From Eledone cirrhosa (Eukaryota): 64,000 bases of DNA. Below are positions 1 through 12,300 of the stretch, piece by piece. A program made the position numbers and the translations under genes. The stretch is from positions 275,342,001 to 275,406,000 of the forward strand of contig OZ024743.1 in NCBI GenBank assembly GCA_964016885.1, read 5' to 3'. Positions within the stretch are counted from its first letter, which is position 1. Every line of letters begins with the position of its first letter. The notes beneath the pieces are model-generated. The model ran no database searches, was not told where the DNA came from, and was given only the letters and a program-made list of their open reading frames with translations.

Positions 1-154
1 TCTGAAAGGTCAGTAGCTCCTATTAAGTATTGACTTAATCCCTGAAAATGGATGGTGATGATGATGAGTACAAAGTAGAAAGATGGAATAACGACAGCTA
101 GAATTTAAAAAGAAAATGGTAATGTTTTAGTTTGATTATTGCACAGAGGTCTGA

Positions 155-345
155 TGGATTGGCAGTATCGATAGAGCGTCGGACAACATGCTTAGCGGCA
201 GAGTTAGAGCCCTTTACATTTTAAGTTCAAATCCCGCCGAAGTTAGCTTTGCCTTTCATCGTTACGGGGTCGATAAAATAAAGTACCTGTAATGCAGTGG
301 GTCAAGTTAATCGACTTGCCCCTCGGTTTTCTGAATGTTGTGTTT
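155..345 (+). mobile_element. tRNA-derived SINE (octopus OK-like family)
   Basis: A-box-like TGGCAGTATCGATAG, B-box-like AAGTTCAAATCCC and body GCCTTTCATC..GGGGTCGATAAAATAAAGTACC; the same body recurs at ~1455, 8012, 32630, 39200 and 62871. Confidence 0.8.
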
Positions 346-639
346 AAGTGATGGGGAATCAGATCTGGGATATTTGTCATGTGGGCTAAACAACAACTAT
401 TTTACGAAATGATGTTTGTTATTCATGAAAGCTTGAAAGGATTTGCTTCTCCAAAAGTAAGGGAAGTAACTCTTTCATATTTGTCACTAACACAAAAATA
501 AAATAATGGGACGCAACTCTTTATTTCGAAGTTGAACTATGAATTTATATCTGATTATATAACGTTTGCAGATAACAAAAAAAAAAAAATAGTAAATGGC
601 GACAGTAAAGGAAAGGATGGAACGACAGTCTCTACACCC

Positions 640-1060
640 CAGTCTAGACGGTATGTCTCAGCTACACACTGCATACAAAATGTCGAAGGCATTGCTACGG
701 AGTAGCATCAACTATACCACCCCAAGAGGCTTCTTCCTCAGCCGGATGCACTCGCCCCAATTTTGAGTAGGAAAACGGTAGTTTGGGGACCGAAGACACC
801 AGAGGGTTCGACGGCGACAGGAATGAAAAGGAAGCGGTCAGTCAAGTCTCACTATTTGGCTATCTTGTTTTCAGTCCCGTTACGGACAGCAGTGACTAGG
901 TTTATGGCCGAAACAACATGGTTAAAGGCGGAGAACGTGGCATCCTAGATCAGAGATTTACCTCTCCTGAACGAGAAGGTTACCCCGTTGGAGCGCTTTT
1001 ACTATAACCATAGTCGAGGTCGGCAAGCTCCAGCCGCGACGGGAAATCGGCCACGTCAAG
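640..1060 (-). mobile_element. Degenerate 3' end of a CRE-like non-LTR retrotransposon (restriction-like endonuclease domain)
   Basis: Minus strand translates, with stops and a frameshift, to FPSRLELADLDYG..KRSNGVTFSFRRGKSLI*DAT...ENKIAK**DLTDRFLFIPVAVEPSGVFGPQTTVFLLKIG...LLRSNAFDIL. This matches the CRE-type pattern RPDG..PW..G+.L+WDAT...K..KY..L...F+P+AVET.G..G...RGNA. Confidence 0.75.
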
Positions 1061-1454
1061 GTGTACTTGTCTGGCAAGTGACGTAATCTGCGACTGTATA
1101 TTGAAACTAAAGAAATTACGTCGGGAAAAAAACATTTTACTCATTCAAAATCACGCAAAACCCGAGTAAGGGTAGAGCTATATCAATTACCAACGCAACG
1201 AAAATGTTGACTCTAAGAAATAAATGATAAACAAAGCGAAGTTAACAGTTTCTGTCTTTTTTTTTTTAATGACTCTTCCACAAAGTAATTCCCGTTCTTC
1301 ATCATTTATTGAAATTTCAACTGTATTGTAAATTAACGTATTAAACTACAATTAACGCCAGTAATTATATTTTTTAACAAAATATATAGTACTTCCTGCT
1401 AAAACGAAGGTTGATAAAATAATTATTCACCCTGGAATTATATGATTACTTAAT

Positions 1455-1660
1455 GGTTTCTTATTTAGGCACAATGCTAACAATGCGAAAAATCGATTAA
1501 ATCGATCTCAGTTTATTACTGGTACTTTATTTTATCAACCCCTTACAGATGAAAGGCAAAGCTAACCTCGGCGGGATTTGAAATCAGAACATAAAAGCCC
1601 ATAACTCTATGCTGCAAAGCATGTCCGACGCTCTACCGATACTGCCAATGCACCGCCCTT
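1455..1660 (-). mobile_element. tRNA-derived SINE (OK-like)
   Basis: Reverse complement of the SINE head, body and tail (GATGAAAGGCAAAGCTAACCTCGGCGGGATTTGAA; TTTAGGCACAA). Confidence 0.8.
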
Positions 1661-1684
1661 TTGTGGTTAATTAATAAAATTAAA

Positions 1685-1930
1685 TCAAATCTTCTTCGCC
1701 CACTTATTCCTGAGAGGGTCGTGGGAGCAGAGTCTTGTCAAAAGCAACCGTCTCCAACTGATCCGGCTGGATCCCCAAGCGTGACCAGCCAAGTTCATAG
1801 ATGTTATCCAGCCATCTTGCTCAGCATCTACCCCTGGGTCTCCTACCGGTTGGTTTTGCCCATAAAATCTGTCAAGCACTTCTTTCGTGAGACATTCTAA
1901 CCACATGCCCATAGTACTGGAGCTGTGATC
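1685..1930 (-). mobile_element. 3' fragment of a Rex3/Expander-like RTE-clade LINE
   Basis: Minus strand reads QLQYYGHVVRMSHERSA*QILWAKPTGRRPRGRC*ARWLDNIYELGWSRLGIQPDQLETVA...LLPRP, then a GAAGAAGAT tail, as in Rex3-type C-termini. Confidence 0.7.
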
Positions 1931-2159
1931 TCTCAAATTAATCATTTATATCTTCATTCATTGATCATTGAACTGTACTTAACCAGTGTTTATATGCAGT
2001 AAATGGGATGTAGTTAAGAAATTCACTTTGTAATCATGTGGCTCCAGGTTTGATTCCATTGCATGGGTCCTTGTATGTCTTCTACCATAGCCTCAAATTG
2101 ACCAATCAATGCCTTGTCAGGTAAATTCTATCTAAAAGGAAAAGCTATCTTGAACATCT

Positions 2160-2420
2160 ATCATTTCCCACGATGAGTATTCCAAATGTGGACAAATTGG
2201 CAAAGGTGTTATGGAGAATGGTCAGAGACACACACTGCAACAGCCACCACACCTCATGGGGCTTCTTCCTTAAGTGGGCTACCATCTTTCCAACTTTACA
2301 CCAGAAATTAGCAGTCGAGAGCCTAAGGATGCCAGAGGTCTCGACAGAGACTGGTACAAAGATGAAGCGGTTGGTCAGGCCCCAGTATTCTCCTCTCCTC
2401 TGCAATGCGGGCAGTGGGGC
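2160..2420 (-). mobile_element. Second degenerate CRE-like RLE 3' fragment
   Basis: ORF 2145-2483(-) contains YWGLTNRFIFVPVSVETSGILRLSTANFWCKVGK..EVWWLLQCVSLTILHN, homologous to the 640-1060 fragment. Confidence 0.7.
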
Positions 2421-2540
2421 CTGGTTTTTGTGGCCAAAACAAGATTGCAAATGGAGAACAAGTTGATGCATGTTATGTCCCAATCACAGTATTGTTTTAT
2501 ATTTTTCAAGAATGTCTTGCTAATACAGTTTCATATGATT

Positions 2541-3548
2541 CTAGCAGCAGGACCCGGCGTTGCACGGGGTAGGAAACGTGAAATAGCAACACGCATATGC
2601 AAAGATTGAGGAATGTAGCTATGTACTTTTGGAATTCCCTTATTCTCAGGGAATGATTGTTCATCTACTGGAAACGTAGAACACCAGCAGGCCTGAATCA
2701 TGAAACATCTGCATGCATGTGCAAAATCTGAAGAAAATCAGCTGGATACTCTTTAAGCATACTAAATCTTAGAGTATGATTTTTCTTCCATTTGGAGAAG
2801 ATTGGTTAGGTATATTTTGAGTTTTATAGATTTGCAACACAGCAACAATGGTGCGACAAAAGGGGTCACTACAGAATTAGCACAACCGCTGTTTGGCATA
2901 CTTGCGCAGGGTGTTCATACTGCGGTGTAGGTCAACAAAAGGGGTCTTAGTAGAAGTAACACAGACGTGAGTTTTACGATGTCAATAACACGGCAACGTA
3001 CACAGGGCCCAGATTTGCGCGTTATGAAAGTACAAAGTGTCTACAGGGCACCGACAAAAATTTTAAGGTGCTCCTTATTTCCTCAATCCCCCGAAAGTGG
3101 TCCTGTTTAAAAGTAAGTAAGTGTTGTGTCCTCTGTTAAATAAACCAAATTTTTAACGAAATATTTATTATACACTACTTTTATGATGTTTAAGTAGCAT
3201 TTATATTGAAAATGAAAATAGTATGTAATGCCCAAAGCTAATTCGTAAATTTCCTAGAAACCATTAATGGAATCAATGCAAGAGGACTAACTAATATGTG
3301 CTGCAAATTTTGAGGAAATCGGCTGGATTATCTTTAAGTTACGCGCCCAAAAAGCCTAAAATTGCCTAAAGAATACGGTTTTTCTCCTAGTTCGGGCCCT
3401 AGGGCAGAAAAACTTAAAAAATTGTTTAGCCCATTGCACTTCAAGAAATATAAGTAACGCATGTGTGAAGTTTGAAAAAAATTGGTCGGATACTTCTCGA
3501 ATTTTAGGGATTTATAGACAGACAGACATCCTCTGTTTTATATATAGA
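2541..3548 (-). mobile_element. Non-autonomous Helitron A
   Basis: Minus strand starts TCTATATATAAAA..(GTCT)n at 3548 and ends with a GC hairpin CCCCGTGCAACGCCGGGT followed by CTAG at 2541; internal repeats AAATTTGAAGAAATCGGCTGGAT. Confidence 0.75.
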
Positions 3549-4416
3549 CTAGCAGAATGGCCCAGCGTTGCTCAGGATTCTAAACATAGATTGGCATGTT
3601 TATCCCTCTTTTCTGAAACAGTACAAAGAAGTACGGAATACCTCGGCCTGGGGATGGTGTCTACATTTTGTGCTTATAAAAGAAATTCATCGTAGATTAC
3701 CAGGGGTTTAACTTAATTGGGTGCCTGAGAGTAAAATGTTCAAACCACGAAAGCCAAGACGATAGGGTTAAATAAAAATGCATTCGACAAACCGAACATG
3801 TATTAGTTCTATTAGCAATAGTTACAGAGCAGTAAGCATGTGAGACTGCAGTGGTGGAGAGCATGAAGTAATTTAGTTGGATACTTTTAAGGTTACAGGC
3901 CCTAACGCAACCAAAATACTAAACAATGCAGTCCCTGGGCAAAAATTTGAAATCTTTTTCAGTCAAGAAAATTTGTGAAACATAAGTAATGCATATGCAA
4001 AGTTTTTAAAAAATCGGTTGGGTACTTCTCAAGTTACAGGCCCTAACGCAACCAAAATGCTTTTTAAAAAAAAAAAAAAAAAAATCGGTTTTTCGCCTAA
4101 TGCGGTCCCTGGGGCAAAAAATGAGAAAATCTTTTTTGCTCAAAACAGTTTAAACGACATAAGTAATGCAAATTTTGAAGAAATAGCCTGGATTATTGTT
4201 CCGTTATGCCTAGAAAAAGCCTTTAAAGCCTAAAATATGCAGTTTTTCGCCTAATGCAGTCCCTAGGGCATTGAAAATTCGAAATATTCTTTGCTCAAAA
4301 CACTCACATGACCATAAGTATTACATGTGTAAAGTTTGAAAAAGATCGGTTGGGTGGTTCTCCAGTTTTAGGGAGTAGGACAGACAGACAGACATTCTCT
4401 GTTTTAGATATATAGA
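3549..4416 (-). mobile_element. Non-autonomous Helitron B, head-to-tail with A
   Basis: 5' TCTATATATCTAAAACAGAGAATGTCTGTCTG at 4416; 3' hairpin plus CTAG at 3549-3552; internal repeats of roughly 150-170 bp. Confidence 0.75.
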
Positions 4417-4669
4417 TAAGAATTTAAGAATTAAGAAAAGAAAAAAAAAAAAAGAAAACAATTAAAGTGACTGAGTGGTCACTTTCTTTGCTTGAAGCAG
4501 CACCCCAATCTCTCTCAAATTACATTGGAAAATGTAGTGTTAGATATACAAAAAAGATAGAAAGCCTTTGATCATAGGTCAACTTGGTCAGGTCTGATCT
4601 GGGGCTAAACAACAACAAACAATCCCAAAAAAGAACTGGAATGGAGATAGAAATGCTTTCTAAACTTAC

Positions 4670-4944
4670 ATCAAGTAAACTTTTTGCAACATCATCTATT
4701 TCTGTGAAAGGGAAGTATCGTAACTTGCAGCCAAGGTCGTAGAAATATGGTCCAAGTTTGTGCAGATTCACAACAGTAGCATCAGCCTTCAGCACCTCAC
4801 GGTAACCTATTCGGTAAGATTTCGGCAGCTCTACACTGATAATGTGTCTTTTCTGGCTGCATAGGGCCTGTGCCAGCCAAAATGGAAATTCAAGTTTTGT
4901 ACCAGGATTGATGTCTTTGTCATCTGTACTTGCGTCGAGGAAAC
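4670..4944 (-). CDS. GINS3: Internal exon of DNA replication complex GINS subunit PSF3
   Basis: Translation (G)FLDASTDDKDINPGTKLEFPFWLAQALCSQKRHIISVELPKSYRIGYREVLKADATVVNLHKLGPYFYDLGCKLRYFPFTEIDDVAKSLLD matches PSF3 (human GSKLELPLWLAKGL..SVELPKIY..ADPNVVDLHKMGPHFY). Flanked by a tttccAG acceptor and a GTAAGT donor. Other exons were not found in the window. Confidence 0.93.
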
Positions 4945-5411
4945 CTGGAAATAAATATTTTTTAAAAAAAAAGTATAATTCTATCAAAAGAACCAATCCA
5001 GAGAGGGAGATTAATAGAATTTTTAGGGCATTGGATTCGATGAGATGCCTTGTAGTATTTGTTTCAGCTCTTTATGTTTTTAGTTCAAATCCTACTGTGG
5101 CCTACTTAGGAAGTATACAATACACTGCCCAGTTGAACACCAGTATCTAGTCTTTAGCAGAGTCTATTCTGTTGCAAGCATTTGAGCCAGGTTTCTGGTT
5201 GAGGAGACCTTCCTTTCTCCCTTCCACCAGTCACAGAGACCATGAAAAAGGTCATGGGCACTGCCCTTCCTTCCCTGACTAAACTACAAAAAAAATATGT
5301 TGTTATTGTTGTTTAACTCCAATTCAACTCTGATCAAGCAGAACTATGATAAAAGGCACTCCAGTCATGGCCATCACATCTGTGTTTTATTTTGTTTCTT
5401 TTCAGACATAA

Positions 5412-5535
5412 TGATGCCACATGGCCTAGTGGTTAGAGTGTTAGACTTATGATCATAAGGTCGTGAGTTTGATCCCTAGACCAGGCAGCTCATTGTTATC
5501 ACAAGCAAAATACTTAATTTCAAATTGCTCCTTCT
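5412..5535 (+). mobile_element. tRNA-head CORE-type SINE fragment
   Basis: TGGCCTAGTGGTTAG A box, GAGTTTGATCCC B box and CORE-like AGCAAAATACTTAATTTCAAATTGCTCC. Confidence 0.65.
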
Positions 5536-6070
5536 GTGAGGAGTTACATCCAGCAGATAATATCAGCAATGGCAAGACCAATGGGAAGACCATTGTTTAG
5601 TTGGTCCTATCAGCTCTTTCTTATAATGATCCCATGATCCAAGGTTGTAGTGTAGTGATGGAGAAGTACAGTGATAAAGTAGACCTGACAGTGTATCCTA
5701 ACAGTCTTCCAGTGATACAACATAGATGAAACCTCTTCTTTTAACAATTTTTTCTGTCTTTAGGGTTCATATGCCCAACTTATTAGACTATTTTTCATAG
5801 TCAAACATTGATCAACATTGATGCTTCTAACTTTCAAATTCAAAACTTCCTATCACTCAGCAGTTCTAAATATATATATTCCATTAATCCACTATATTTT
5901 TTTGTCGCATTGCCAGACTGAAGAGCAGATTGATATTGGAGTCGGGTCCATAACTTCTATAGGTAACCCTCAGCCAATCCTCTGCATAACAGGTTGATAC
6001 ACAATAAAAATATAAATACATGTAAACAAAACTTCATTGTTCTTATTAATATATATATACATATGTATAT

Positions 6071-6151
6071 ATCAGGTTTAATATAGAAATGGCTTCTACA
6101 GGACTAGAACTGTTCTAGTTCTGTAGAAGCCATTTCTATATTAAACTTGAT
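6071..6151. repeat. Near-perfect 81-bp palindrome beside (TA)n
   Basis: ATCAGGTTTAATATAGAAATGGCTTCTACAGGACTAGAAC-T-GTTCTAGTTCTGTAGAAGCCATTTCTATATTAAACTTGAT; 40-bp arms, 1-nt centre at 6111. Confidence 0.9.
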
Positions 6152-6185
6152 GTTTACACTCTACTAATGGTTACCCGGGACTCAC

Positions 6186-6251
<66 letters not shown>

Positions 6252-6533
6252 TATAGTGAAAGATTGAAGAGTAACATGGTCGGCTGTACAACAAGGCGCT
6301 TCACTACTCAATAAACATAATGAAGGCATAATATTTTGTCCTTTTTATCATTCATATATATATACATATATATATATGAATATAAGATTAAAATACTTGA
6401 GTGCGTTAGAGTTAAACACACTCGTCGTATTAGAGAAATGAAAGTATAAGATATAGCTCAATGTAATCCAACAGAGCCGAAAAATTATAAAAAATAAACA
6501 AAGAAGCCTTCAATACATCAAAAGTCTTTATTA

Positions 6534-6574
6534 GCCGACAATGTTTTGTCCCATTAATAAGGACTCATCGGGGC
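6534..6574 (-). ncRNA. Minimal type I hammerhead ribozyme, degenerate (U4C, G12A)
   Basis: GCC-CCGAUGA-GUCC-uuauuaaug-GGAC-AAAA-C-auu-G-UC-GGC followed by UAAUAAA. Confidence 0.6.
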
Positions 6575-8011
6575 AAGTAAAGAGACAAGAAGCATTAACG
6601 GCCAGAACAAGCCAAAACTCAGAAGAACAGGGAATTTATATCTATGAAAACTTAGGAAAGACATCATGGAAAGACATGCTAAAGCTAAAAGTGTGCATTT
6701 GCAAATATAGACTATAGGGCAAGAGAGCGAGTAATATGTCAAACCCACGTTGAAAGAACAATATAAGACAAATACATGAAACACAACATGGTAATACAAT
6801 ATGAGAATTATAATATGATATAGAATACAATATAATGGATAATAAGAAATAAAAAGCTTAATATATATGTATATATATATATCCATATATATACACATTT
6901 ACACAAACACATACTAACACTTGTTTAAATATTTAAATATAAGTATACTCGTTATAATATAATAATCATTATAATAGCATAATCACCCTGACGGTGCATA
7001 AACAATATCAAAAACAATGGAATAATATACTGACATTAAAAAATATATAAAACTACATCATACGTATCATTAAAGGTCAACAAATTGTATATAAAGTTTT
7101 TCACAGGGTAAGAAAAAATATCATATAAAAATAAAGTATGGTGAAAAAATATATATAACTATATATAATATTGACAATAAATATCCAGAGGTATATGCAG
7201 TTCAAATTCATAAAATATTACAAAACAGTACCTCAATATCGGACATGTATATATAATTCAATTACATAAAAATAATATATGTTAATATTACAATAGCAGA
7301 CACACAGAATCAATGGAAAATGCTTAAGACATATTTACGCGATGCATACAAATAGACATATCAGGAGACAATAACAAATGATAGGAGAACAGACAGCATG
7401 TGGTAGTAAAAAAAAATAAATAAAATAAAACGAAGAACAAAAACAAAAACAAGCACAGTAGGCGTTACAAGTCACTAGGTAAATATAGATAATATTACTA
7501 TTCTGGATCAAAGAATTAAATTGAAAACCTTATTAAATTAATTAGTACTAAAACTGTTTAAAAGACATTATGGGTCACTTCATATGGAATAAAATTCAAG
7601 TCATCAAAGTCGAATAAAATTAAGATATTTCAATAAGAAAGCTAAAAGATCTATCAAGATATATTACGATCCGTCCAGACAAATTACGTTATCAAGGAAA
7701 AAACTCTAAATAAAACTATGGTAGACCAATGGGAACAGAAAGAAGTAGAACTATGGAGGGTAGGAAGGAGCATAAAGGTAAAAATTTATATATAATCAAT
7801 ATAAATTGACCATACATAAATTTTATATATAATATTAAATATAATATTATTTTCATCCCAACCAGGGATGAAAATAAAGATAGAAACTTATAAGGCGACA
7901 ATGGTGAGTAAAAATGTAATAATGGTAAAGATGATAGATAGGGTAAGATAGCTAAAAAGACTATGAAAACTAAAATCGAAAAACCGTAGAAAACCAATAA
8001 TGGTAATAATA

Positions 8012-8145
8012 ATTGTTTCTACTTTAGGCACAAGGCCAGCAATTACCCAGTGCATTACTGGTACTTCATTTTATCGACCCTGTAAGGATGAAAGGCAAAG
8101 TTAACCTCGGCGGGATTTGAACTCAGAATGGAAAGGGCAATGAAC
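8012..8145 (-). mobile_element. tRNA-derived SINE (OK-like), 5'-truncated
   Basis: TTTAGGCACAAGGCCAGCAATTACCCAGTGCATTACTGGTACTT..GATGAAAGGCAAAGTTAACCTCGGCGGGATTTGAACTC is the reverse complement of the family consensus. Confidence 0.8.
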
Positions 8146-8581
8146 TAAAACCAAAGAGATAAGGAAATATAGCAGCTAATGGATACGGTTTAAACTACCA
8201 GAGCTTTTAGGTCTATAATAGAAGGAATTAGAAATAGCATGCAGACAGGAAGAAAAAATTTCAGATTTTCTATTAAGCAATACGTTCCTAGAGAAAATTA
8301 TAGAGTGGGTCTCTAGGATACAAAGATTACAGAATTTAGCGTGTGTTGAAAGGTGATTAGAATGTGCTACTACACGCCAATTTAGGTTATATGGTATACC
8401 AGCCCCTTTTAAATCCCAGATATGGTGACTGTAATTATGGCAAAAGGAAGGTGAAGTTACATTGTAGTAGTGATTTGAGAAATTCTTGGATTTAGGATCA
8501 AGTGATGGCAGCAGCTGAGAAGGAATAAGTTTATGGGTTGATGAGGTACTTACAGACATTTGTGTGGTATAGAACTGTGAT

Positions 8582-8956
8582 TCGAGCCTAGTGTACATGT
8601 GCACGGTCAACTCGGATAACTCCACCTGGAATTACATAGGATCCACCGCGGGTTCTTTTAAAAAAAGATGGTATGTGCACAGGCACTCGATGAAAAACCG
8701 TGCACTTATGGGTTCCACAACCCTCGCCAAAAAAATATGGGAACTGAAGGACAACAACACTAACTACAGTATTAACTGGTCGAAGTTGTCGGCTGCTAAA
8801 ACCTATAGTACAGGTATGTCCCACTGCGGGCTATGTGATCTAGAACTAATGTATATCCTCAAAAATGTAAAAAGGCTACTTAACAATAAGTTAGAAAGAT
8901 CTATCTTCTGCAGACATAGAATTGCCACTAAATTCATAAGATTCAAACCTCCGTGA
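8582..8956 (+). pseudogene. GIY-YIG endonuclease domain of a Penelope-like element, 5'-truncated
   Basis: SLVYMCTV..NYIGST.GSFKKRW..H..S..TTLAKKIWELK..YSINW..CGLCDLE..LLNNKLE..CRH: VxY/YIG motifs, catalytic R and E, and LN motif. Confidence 0.8.
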
Positions 8957-9327
8957 ATCGAACCAACATAACATAGCTTTAAACTAGGATACCCACTACC
9001 CTGCATAAATCACCACAGAAATATAATCATTAAGTACACTCTAGCCTTCACAGTTCTATACCACACAAATGTCTGTAAGTACCTCATCAACCCATAAACT
9101 TATTCCTTCTCAGCTGCTGCCATCACTTGATCCTAAATCCAAGAATTTCTCAAATCACTACTACAATGTAACTTCACCTTCCTTTTGCCATAATTACAAT
9201 CAGCATGTTTATCTCTTTGCATGTATGTATGTATTTGTACGAGTGTATATTGATGTGTATGTATATGTCTATGTACACGTGCGTGTGTATATATATATAT
9301 GTGTGTGTATATATGTATATATATATA

Positions 9328-12300
9328 TCCTTAATTCTATCGTATTTTCAAAACAAAACAAAACCCTTCTTCTTCTTATAAATTCTTTTAAATATATTGT
9401 TACTTCGAAAACTCTAAACTCCCGCTCCTACTATCTACTTCATGAGGGTTCGCGGTCATCCACCCCAATATCTACATCATGCGGCCAAACCTATCCCCCC
9501 CCCCCATCTCTCTCTCTCTCTCTCTCTCTCCCTCTATCTATATATAAGATAAACCCTTCAAGTAAATCACATTCGCCAAATTCATCGCTGCTTTCTTCCC
9601 GGTATATCATGTAACGTAATGTACACATTTTTCTACCATTTCCACACTCCATTCGTATCCAGTCCACCCCTCCAATCTTGCCAAATCCTAATGTAGTTTG
9701 TCGTATTTCCCAAAACAAATCTGTATTTTTTGTTATTGCTTGTTAAATACGAGGGTTTTTGTCGTATTAAACAAAACAAATCTTGTATTTTTGTTATCGC
9801 TTGTTAAATACGAGGACCTCATTCAATCCTTACCTTCTCGCTAACTACCCAACACCCCGCCCCCACGCACCACCATTATTATTACGTGGACCAATCATAA
9901 GCCAGAGGCCTATACTATCGCTTACCTGGTTGCCTTTCGATATATGATGGATAGATGGACTACGGAATTCTGGAGAGTGGAAGAGAGAAAAATCTGGACG
10001 CTCAGCGACAATGCCAAAGATAAAGACAAATTCACCTCGTGGACGAGAATGCGAGCACTCCTCTTTGTTTCGGCCGCGGATGGCTAACATAACCCCATCT
10101 CCCCCCGCTCCCACCCTCCAAACGAAATCCAAAACTTCAGAGTCGGTACCATAAATGTAGGCACCTTAAAGGGTCGCTCTAACGAGATTGTAGAAATGCT
10201 CGAACGTAAGGAGGTCAATGTTTGTTGTATTCAAGAGACCAGGTGGAGGGGTGGGTCTGCTAGATTCATTGAGGGTAAAAAACGATGCTATAAGCTTTTC
10301 TGGGTGGGAAATGACGATGGGCTGGGTGGAGTAGGAATCATGGTAGCAGAAAAGTGGGCAGATAAGATAATAGACGTAAATAGAGTGAACGACAGAATAA
10401 TTAAAATAAGACTTGTCCTCAATAGAACTACGGTGACAGTAATATCTGCGTACGCACCCCAATCCGGACTGCCCGGCACTATAAAAGACAGATTCTATGA
10501 GACACTGATGCTCACTACCTCCCAAATAACCGACAGTGACTATATAATTATTGCAGGCGACCTAAATGGTCACGTTGGACAACATTGTGACGGCTACGAC
10601 AAAATCCATGGAGGCTATGGGTTTGGTACTAGAAATGAGGAAGGCTTCAGAATCCTGGAATTCTGTGACGCAAATAACCTAACTATCTGTAACACTAACT
10701 TCAAAAAACGTGACAATCATCTGATCACCTATAGATCCGGGGAACACACAAGCCAGGTAGATTATATCCTTACCAGAAGACGTGACAGAGTGTCTGTTGT
10801 AAACACTAAATCCCTCCCCCATGAAGAATGCACCTCCCAACATAGACTGATAATTAGCGACCTAATAGTCAGGACGAGACGTACTAGACAACAGAAGAGG
10901 ACTATCCTCAGGAGAAAAATATGGAAGCTAAAGGACCTCACAGCCAGAAATAAATTTAAAAGCATACTACTTGATGCTTTCGACAGTAAGGAAGAGCAAT
11001 TAGAGTCGTACAATATAGAGGAACAGTGGGAATTCCTGAAAGCAAACTTGCTGATGGCGGCAGACGAAGTCTGTGGCTGGAGCAGGCCTGTAGGCAGGAG
11101 GAGAGTAACATGGTGGTGGAACAGTAAGGTGGAGGGGTCAATTAAGGCCAAAAAGCAGGCTTGGAAAGTATGGCGGGATGGGGGAAGTAGAGAAGACTAT
11201 CAAGTGGCCAGGAGGGAAGCTAGGAGACAAGTGTACTTCGCAAGAAGGGAAGCAGAGGAAAGAAAGTTCAAGCATGTTCTACAACGCGAGGACCAAAAAC
11301 GTGAGGTGTTCAGGATTGCTAGGCAATGTGTCAAGGAAAACCGTGATATTGTCGGGGAGAAGTGTGTACTTAATGATGACGGCGTACTTGCCATCACCGA
11401 CGCTGATAAGAAGGTAGCTTGGAAGTGTCACTATGAAAGGCTACTAAATGAGGAGAATAAATGGGAGAAAGACAGTCTCCCCCACATCGACCCAATAGAG
11501 GGACCAGCAGTGTTAGTCGAGGGTAGTATAATAAGTAAGGCAATCAAGGATATGAAGACGGGTAAGGCAGCTGGGCCTTCGGAAATAGTTGCTGAGATGC
11601 TGAAGGCATCTGGCACGGTGGGACACACCATGGTCACCCGGATAGTTAACCAAGTCGTACAGAATGGGGTTGTTCCGAAGGACTGGCGTAGCAGCATCAT
11701 CGTTAACTGTTATAAGGGTAAAGGAGATGCCCTAGATAGGAGTAACTATAGAGGCATTAAATTAATCGACCAGGTCATGAAGGTCACGGAAAAAGTAATA
11801 GCGCAACTAATCAGAGAGAGAATTGACCTAGATGAAATGCAGTTCGGGTTTGTGTCAGGCAAAAGTACCACAGACGCTCTTTTCATTGTACGACAACTAC
11901 AGGAGAAGTACCTAGCTAAAAGTAAACCCCTATACTTAGCTTTTGTCGACTTGGAGAAAGCCTTCGACAGAGTCCCCCGTTCCATTATCTGGTGGGCTCT
12001 TAGAAAACTAGGTGTCGACGAATGGCTTGTGAGAGCTATACAAGCCATGTATAAAGAAACAGTCAGCAAGGTTAGAATTAACAACGAATATAGTGAAGAG
12101 TTTAGCGTAAAAGTTGGCGTCCATCAGGGCTCTGTTCTCAGCCCCCTACTAACTATTTATTATTGCCCTTCAGGCTATAACAGAGGAGTTCAAGACCGGC
12201 TGCCCATGGGAACTCCTATACGCAGACGACCTGACACTCATAGCTGAATCAATGGCCGAGCTAGAGAAGAAATTCCAAACATGGAAGCACGGCCTAGATT

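Larger units (their letters stand above)
6380..9198 (-). mobile_element. Penelope-like element remnant (GIY-YIG endonuclease fragments, AT-rich 3' region, hammerhead near the end)
   Basis: GIY-YIG C-terminal half on minus (HIWDLK..YNLNWRVVAH..CNLCILE..LLNRKSEIFSSCLH), a hammerhead motif plus AATAAA at 6525-6574, and a terminus in (TA)n. Continuity across the AT-rich middle is inferred. Confidence 0.6.

Noticed and set aside
590-1020. Structured ncRNA gene (telomerase RNA, 7SK, RNase P/MRP) suggested by hairpins, CpG richness and a terminal T-run; also a small + ORF MATVKERMERQ with a GTATGT donor
   Set aside because: No CCCTAA template, no paired GAUC motifs and no RNase P/MRP CR-I/CR-V motifs; the minus strand translates to a CRE-type endonuclease, which explains the region.
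6250-6320. Additional hammerhead (TTGAAGA..)
   Set aside because: Core too degenerate: no C3 and no GAAA.
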